Shown here piece after piece: positions 49,066-54,189 of a stretch of 54,189 nt of DNA. Within the stretch, counting starts at the first letter, position 1. Each line of letters begins with the position of its first letter. Source of the stretch: Candidatus Alkanophaga volatiphilum (GTDB lineage: Archaea > Halobacteriota > Syntropharchaeia > Alkanophagales > B39-G2); the NCBI GenBank assembly GCA_029259545.1, contig JAPHEE010000009.1, positions 2,575 to 56,763 of the forward strand. Reading direction: 5' to 3'. The notes below the pieces were generated by a model, which was not told the DNA's origin, searched no databases, and worked only from the letters and a program-made list of their open reading frames with translations. Both the position numbers and the translations under genes were made by a program.

Positions 49066-49279
49066 GTCAGCTTCTCCCGTCTTTAGACGGAAGATTGCTC
49101 TCGCTTAGTGGGACGCCGTCCCGCTTCATCGAGCCGATCAGGGTGGCTGACCACACCCCTCACGGGCTGGAATACTGGCATAAGCCGCTCCAGCCCATCC
49201 GAATTAAAATTGTAGTTAAAGATATAAATAACTTCCACCAATCATGGTTAAAACCATAGGCTTCCTTGGCGGCAGAGGT
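49066..49279 (-). mobile_element. non-autonomous IS200/IS605-type mini-element (family C-like right end)
   Basis: Right end cttccgtc-taaa-gacgggag-aagcTGAC, left end after TTCAC, internal TATTTATA. Confidence 0.8.
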
Positions 49280-49332
49280 GTGAAGGGGCATTGCTTGGTA
49301 TTAGGGCAACGCTCTCTGAGGGGGTATTCATG

Positions 49333-49430
49333 GCAACTTCGCCCGACAGCAGACATACGGATGCGCATCGCTCCGCAAAAATTCGGCAAAGCAGAAATTT
49401 GTATAACTGCCAACTGTTGTCCGAAATTGC
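49333..49430 (+). repeat. attC-like imperfect inverted repeat
   Basis: gcaacttc-GCCCGAC-agcagacatacggat ... atttgtataactgc-caact-GTTGTCC-gaaattgc. Confidence 0.55.
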
Positions 49431-49471
49431 GGGCGACGACATAGGAAATATAGAATAGGAGGTTAACGAAA

Positions 49472-50350
49472 ATGACAAACGGAATAGAGTTGGTGGATGT
49501 AGAGACTGACCCTGAAATATGTGAAAAATTTCAAGAAGAAATGGATGAGAGAACCGCTGCATTAGCAATGATAGCACCATATCTACCAGCTAAAGTTAGT
49601 CCTTCAAAGGCTTTATGGGCTGAGATCGGTCTGGTTGAAGAATTAAATATGGAAGATACTATCTACAAACTTAAAGAAAATAATATAACAAATTTGATTC
49701 TTGTTATAAATTCATTTGGCGGTGGAGTATCCTCATCATTTAAAATAGCATATGCCTTGCGGAAAAATTTCGATGATATAACTGTTTTTGTTCCACATAT
49801 AGCCGCAAGTGGTGGGACTTTAATTGCTCTTGTGGGCAATGAAATCGTTATGGGTGATATGAGCACATTAACTCCTATAGATGTGCAAATGGAACGAAAT
49901 GGAAAAATGTATTCGGTAAATGCAATGATAAGAAGCTTTAGTGCTCTAAATGATTTGTTTAAGGATACTGCAGAAGAAGATGCACCATATCCATGGAAGG
50001 CTATGGCAAACAAATTGGATCCTGTTGAATTTCAGGAATGGATTGACGCATCGAGTTTGATGGAACTTCATGCAGAGAAAATATTGGAAATGAACAAGAG
50101 TTTTAAGGATAATAAAGATGGCATAATAAATAGGCTCACAAGCGGATATCCTGTTCATTCTTATACTATAACTGTAGAAGAAGCAAAAGAAATCTTTGGT
50201 GACCATATTCATCATGGAGATGAAGAGGAATACAAAAAGCTTTGGGAAGCTTCTCGCTTATGGGTAAAGAAGTATATAAATGTTGAATCGAGTAACCACA
50301 TTATTAGATTTATATTACCGAAAAAGGAGAAGGAGGATGTCAAAAAATGA
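49472..50350 (+). CDS. SDH/ClpP-crotonase-fold serine protease-like protein
   Basis: LVINSFGG, VPHIAASGGTLIAL and LTPID motifs; AT-rich. Confidence 0.8.
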   Translation: MTNGIELVDVETDPEICEKFQEEMDERTAALAMIAPYLPAKVSPSKALWAEIGLVEELNMEDTIYKLKENNITNLILVINSFGGGVSSSFKIAYALRKNFDDITVFVPHIAASGGTLIALVGNEIVMGDMSTLTPIDVQMERNGKMYSVNAMIRSFSALNDLFKDTAEEDAPYPWKAMANKLDPVEFQEWIDASSLMELHAEKILEMNKSFKDNKDGIINRLTSGYPVHSYTITVEEAKEIFGDHIHHGDEEEYKKLWEASRLWVKKYINVESSNHIIRFILPKKEKEDVKK

Positions 50351-50511
50351 AAAAATATCTAACAGAAGACGATATTCGAAAAATCTTTACCGATCCGAAT
50401 TCATTGAGAAAAGGGATTGAGTTATGGAAAACAGCGGAAAAGAGAGGAGAGACATTTATAAGAAAAATAAAAAACGAGAGAAAAAAATCCTTAGAAAGGA
50501 TACCGTTGTAA
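50347..50511 (+). CDS. 54-aa hypothetical protein (missed by the ORF track)
   Basis: ATGA overlap with the upstream stop and GGAGG RBS; MKKYLTEDDIRKIFTDPNSLRKGIELWK... Confidence 0.55.
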   Translation: MKKYLTEDDIRKIFTDPNSLRKGIELWKTAEKRGETFIRKIKNERKKSLERIPL

Positions 50512-50593
50512 TGCCTCTGTCGTCGCCTGCAACTCTCCGCCTCGCTTCGGTGCTTACGCACTCGGACTTAGGCGACATAGAGGAAAAAACAAA

Positions 50594-50908
50594 ATGAGAA
50601 CAAAAGAAGCGATTAAGGAATTCAAAAAGGATGTCAAAAAACTATATGGTAACAGATTAAAGCACATTATACTCTATGGCTCCTATGCGAGAGGTAGCGC
50701 TACAGAAGACTCTGACATAGATTTACTTATTGTTCTTGAAGGGAAGGTGAAACCAGGGGAGGAAATTGACAGAATGATAGAGATAATAACGGAAATAAAT
50801 TTGAGATACAACGTGTTAATATCGGTTTATCCTATTTCAGAGGAGGATTATAAAAAGGTAAATAGTCCATTACTCATAAATGTGTGAAGGGAAGGTATCC
50901 CAGTATGA
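50594..50908 (+). pseudogene. MNT nucleotidyltransferase antitoxin with late nonsense codon
   Basis: LYGSYARG...DSDIDL motif; TGA at 50885-50887 precedes the typical REGIPV* ending. Confidence 0.75.
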
Positions 50909-51102
50909 GAGAGATAAAATCTCTGGTAGAGAAAGCAAAGAAGTATTTAAGGAGTGCTGAAATACTCCTTAAGGAAGGTGATTATGAATTTTCGGTTTCA
51001 AGAACATACTATGCAATGTTTTACTGCGCGCAAGCGATGTTGCTCACGAAAAATCTATCATTTTCCTCTCATAAAGGTGTAATTTCCGCTTTTGGTGATT
51101 AA
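50905..51102 (+). pseudogene. HEPN toxin, 3'-truncated
   Basis: SRTYYAMFY...SHKGVISAFG then stop; lacks the Rx4-6H/Y segment. Confidence 0.8.
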
Positions 51103-51240
51103 TTGCACATCCTCAGCGCTTCGTAACGCCCTTGCCGACCTTGCCGACCGCAGCAGCGCATGAGCGAGCATGTTATATCTTTCATCTTCTCCACACAGCG
51201 TTCTCCTCACCCTTTTTCTTTTGTTTCTTAATTAAGGAAT

Positions 51241-51930
51241 GTGGAAGGAGGCAAGCATTTGCATTTCGGCGGAGTGGATGTCGTGGAGCTTGCGGAGAGG
51301 TTCGGCACTCCCTTAATAGTTACGGACGAGGCGAGGGTGCGAGAGAACTTCAGAGCATACAAGGAGGCTTTCAGCGCATTCAAGGAAGAAGTCGCAGTTG
51401 TTGAGGATGTTGAGATTTACTATGCGGTGAAAGCGAACTGGAGCCTCGCAATCCTGAGAATACTCGCTACGGAGGGTTCAGGTGCGGATGTCGTCTCTGA
51501 TTTTGAGTTGAAGTCTGCGATGCTTGCGGGCATCCCACCGCAAAAAATTATATTCAACGGGAATGCGAAGAGCAAAGATGAGCTGCGTCTTGCGGTTGAG
51601 ACGGGCGTCTGCGTGTGTTTAGACTCCACAGACGAGGCGGATGCTCTCTCGGATGTCGCAAGGTTCTGTAATTTGTGCGAGGATGAGCGTGTGAGGGTTG
51701 CGGTGCGAGTGAATCCTGAGATTTCGGTGAGGACACACCCGAAGATTGCGACTGCACTCAAGACATCAAAATTTGGTATTCCAGCGGAGGAAGTCCTTGC
51801 AGCCTGCAGTTATGTTGAGAGGCGAGGTCTCGCACTTTGCGGTATTCACTGCCATGTCGGCTCGCAGATTTTTGAATTGAGCGTTTTCAGGGAGGCTGCC
51901 GAGAAAATGCTGCGCATCGCTTCGCATTAA
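51241..51930 (+). pseudogene. lysA: diaminopimelate decarboxylase, truncated N-terminal half
   Basis: FGTPL, YAVKAN, RVNP, SKFG and HCHVGSQ motifs; stops at 229 aa, before the DxGGG motif and C-terminal domain. Confidence 0.85.
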
Positions 51931-51967
51931 ACCGGCGAGATGGCAGGCATCGTTGCGCAAGCCGTCA

Positions 51968-52104
51968 TTGCGGACGCCGCCTTCGTCCACGCCCCGCTCG
52001 CACTGGTCAGGGGCGGGAGCGTGCGGAGGCTCCGCCAAAAACGCTGATAGCCGCGCTCCTCCTTCCTTTCCGGGGCGGTTGCAAGCCTGAGGCTTGGCTT
52101 TTAG
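51968..52104 (+). repeat. direct repeat, copy 2 (degenerate DGGGP synthase 3' end)
   Basis: Matches 46259-46407 with substitutions and small deletions. Confidence 0.8.
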
Positions 52105-52262
52105 GCGGGGAGGCGAGCTGGCAAATTTCAAAAAGGTAAGAGTTTATCACGGTTGCGAGCGGCTAAGAAGCTCCAAGCTCGTGACCATGCCTTCTCTGAC
52201 GGCTCTTGAGAGCGTCCTGAATGCTAACGTTGCTCAGCTCGCCTGTTGCCCAGAAGAAGGGA

Positions 52263-52619
52263 TCAGCAAATTTTTACAATCTTAGGCTTGAATATCTTCC
52301 TCCACCTTCTAAATTCATCACCCGTCAGTAAATGGAACTCAAACGGGTTGTCGAAAGGCAATCCCGCTTTTTCCTCAATTTTCGTGACAACCTCGGCTTT
52401 TTTCATGTTACTACCTACTTCGGCAACAATCATGATGTCGATATCACTCAGAGCCACGGCTCTCCCCTCAACTACGCTGCCGAATAGATAGACGTCCGCA
52501 TCGCCGAGCACGTCTCTCACAGCCGTGCAGATTCTCGACAAATACCTCTCATAATTTTTTATAATCTCACCCCTCCTCTTTCCTAACTCTATCAACAAGC
52601 TCCATGATTCCTTCGGCAA
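52263..52619 (-). CDS. MNT nucleotidyltransferase antitoxin
   Basis: VYLFGSVVEG...SDIDI and PFEFHL motifs; start uncertain. Confidence 0.85.
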   Translation of the reverse strand: MPKESWSLLIELGKRRGEIIKNYERYLSRICTAVRDVLGDADVYLFGSVVEGRAVALSDIDIMIVAEVGSNMKKAEVVTKIEEKAGLPFDNPFEFHLLTGDEFRRWRKIFKPKIVKIC

Positions 52620-52959
52620 TCCTCACAGCCTCCTCAGCGTCTTCCTTTTCGTAAACCACACCCAAATACCTCGCATTTATGTATGCCGACTCCAAGAAGA
52701 TCAAGGATTTCCTGTCATACTTCACCTGCTTCTTAAGAAGGGTTGATAAAATTGATAACAAACTCCTTATGGAGTGCGTTCTTGGCATCTCGCCACTTAT
52801 CTCAAGTATTACGGCCTTTAAATAAAGTTGAGCAGACTGTTCTGCCATAAAGCAAGCCAAATCATAATCTCCATCCTTTAAACTACTTTTAGCCGCTCTT
52901 AAGAACCCTTTCGCTCTTCTTTTGAGTAATTCCACTTCCTCGGCATGCATAGCACTCAC
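52567..52959 (-). CDS. HEPN domain toxin
   Basis: ACFMAEQSAQLYLKA, PRTHS and YINARY motifs. Confidence 0.85.
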   Translation of the reverse strand: MSAMHAEEVELLKRRAKGFLRAAKSSLKDGDYDLACFMAEQSAQLYLKAVILEISGEMPRTHSIRSLLSILSTLLKKQVKYDRKSLIFLESAYINARYLGVVYEKEDAEEAVRIAEGIMELVDRVRKEEG

Positions 52960-53061
52960 TTAAGTCTTTTTTGTGATAAAACTTGAGGCTGCCCGCTCCA
53001 AAGCTCTCTCCTTGAGCTGGCGAGAGTACGGAGTAGGTGTGGAAAATCGTCCAGCCAGCTT

Positions 53062-54189
53062 CTAAGCGTTCTCCTCACTGCCTACAATAACCGAAGGCTC
53101 TTTTTCGGCATACTTCCGAACACGGAGGTCGTCGGCGAAGGCGTAGCCGTGGTAGCGGTGTGCAACGAGCCCCACCTTCTCGTAGCCGCTGAAGCGGTAC
53201 TGAGGAGCAATTTTAAACGCCACCTTCTTCACACCATCGACGAAAAGCGCCACCCTCTCAGGCTTTATGACGATCCGCAGCTCGTACCACCTTTCGTCTT
53301 TCGCTCTGAATGCGCTGCTTGTGTAGACCCAGCCTCTGTCCTTGCCGTCGATGACAGGACGGAAGATCGTACCTGGACCGTTGTAAAATTCGAGCGCCCA
53401 CCAGTTATCTAAGTCTTTGGCATGAAACACAGGACCAGTTGCGGGATTTCTGCCAGCATGCGAGCGCTTCTGCTTCCATCGTAGCTCATAGATGTAGGTT
53501 TCAAGCTTGATGTTGCCGTTGATAATACCGTGCTGCCAGTAAGTTTTCGTGCTAGGTGTCAGCTTTACTATTTTATTCGTGCCATCCTTTACGATTTCCA
53601 CGGTGCAGTCTTCCCGCTGCCAGCCCGCCTTTTCCATGTCGTCCCAGCTCTCGTAGCCTTCAAAGTCGTCAAAGAATTCGAAGACGGCAGCGCCGTCCGA
53701 CTCCGAAGATGCATTGGGGTTTCCATAATACATATGAATGGTCTTTTCGGAACGTGCGGGGAGTTCCGGTACTTTTACCCATACGATCGCCTCTTTGCCA
53801 CGGCTGTCCCATTTTTCTATCCAGTATGGTAAGTTTCTGTCGCCGTCCTTGAAGCGGATGTCGCTGCCGTCGGATTTCGTTTTTGAGAAGTCGAAGTTCG
53901 CGGCGTTGAGCACGACACGCACTTGAAAGTCCTTTAGCTCCTCCTTGTTGTCGTTTCTTATGACTATAGGACGGCGGTATTTGAAATCTTTGCATACGGT
54001 CTCCACGAGCACGTCGCTCGCTCCCAGATTGCTGGCATTGTCGAGGGCAAGTGCGTAGAACGCAAGCTTTTTGCCTTTAAACGGTTTCGTGTCGAATTTA
54101 GCCTCGTAGGGCTCTTCTTCATCACTTTCAACAAATAGTGCGCCCGTGATGAAATCAACAAAGATGTGAGCGGCGTCGCCGCGATTGAT
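53062..54189 (-). CDS. DUF2341-domain surface protein with Ig-like and ConA-like parts, 5'-partial
   Basis: DGSDIRF...LPYWIEKW...IVWVKVP...MYYGNP...FFDDF; the frame stays open to the window edge. Confidence 0.85.
   Translation of the reverse strand: MNRGDAAHIFVDFITGALFVESDEEEPYEAKFDTKPFKGKKLAFYALALDNASNLGASDVLVETVCKDFKYRRPIVIRNDNKEELKDFQVRVVLNAANFDFSKTKSDGSDIRFKDGDRNLPYWIEKWDSRGKEAIVWVKVPELPARSEKTIHMYYGNPNASSESDGAAVFEFFDDFEGYESWDDMEKAGWQREDCTVEIVKDGTNKIVKLTPSTKTYWQHGIINGNIKLETYIYELRWKQKRSHAGRNPATGPVFHAKDLDNWWALEFYNGPGTIFRPVIDGKDRGWVYTSSAFRAKDERWYELRIVIKPERVALFVDGVKKVAFKIAPQYRFSGYEKVGLVAHRYHGYAFADDLRVRKYAEKEPSVIVGSEENA

Noticed and set aside
50885-50887. In-frame TGA in MNT as selenocysteine or readthrough
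   Set aside because: Non-catalytic position normally occupied by Arg/Lys, and the partner gene is truncated; a simple nonsense mutation is more likely.

Overview
Archaeal chromosome segment. Gene content (rpoD, eIF2-alpha, priS, GINS, tgtA, DGGGP synthase, two ftsZ, xseAB, tungsten AOR, acyl-CoA dehydrogenase) suggests a Halobacteriota/Methanosarcinia-like euryarchaeon, possibly ANME-1/Syntropharchaeia/Alkanophagales-related; the taxonomy is inference only. It holds housekeeping operons, six tRNAs, several pseudogenes and a decaying defence island at 46.4-52.1 kb, which is bracketed by a duplicated 3' end of the DGGGP synthase gene. The most striking signal is a set of seven 188-271 bp protein-free IS200/IS605-type mini-elements. 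They have TnpA-type ends and no target duplication, most have an internal TATA-like box, and they carry a structured TnpB-omegaRNA-like RNA with a covarying pseudoknot. No tnpA or tnpB lies in the window. Other notable items: rpoD terminates inside the anticodon loop of tRNA-Leu; an unassigned ~285-nt structured RNA candidate; two kinase-less sensor proteins sharing a C-terminal H-box-like coiled coil; attC-like integron cassette remnants; and an XseA with a PIP-box-like N-terminus. All alignments and folds were done by eye, and no database searches were run.
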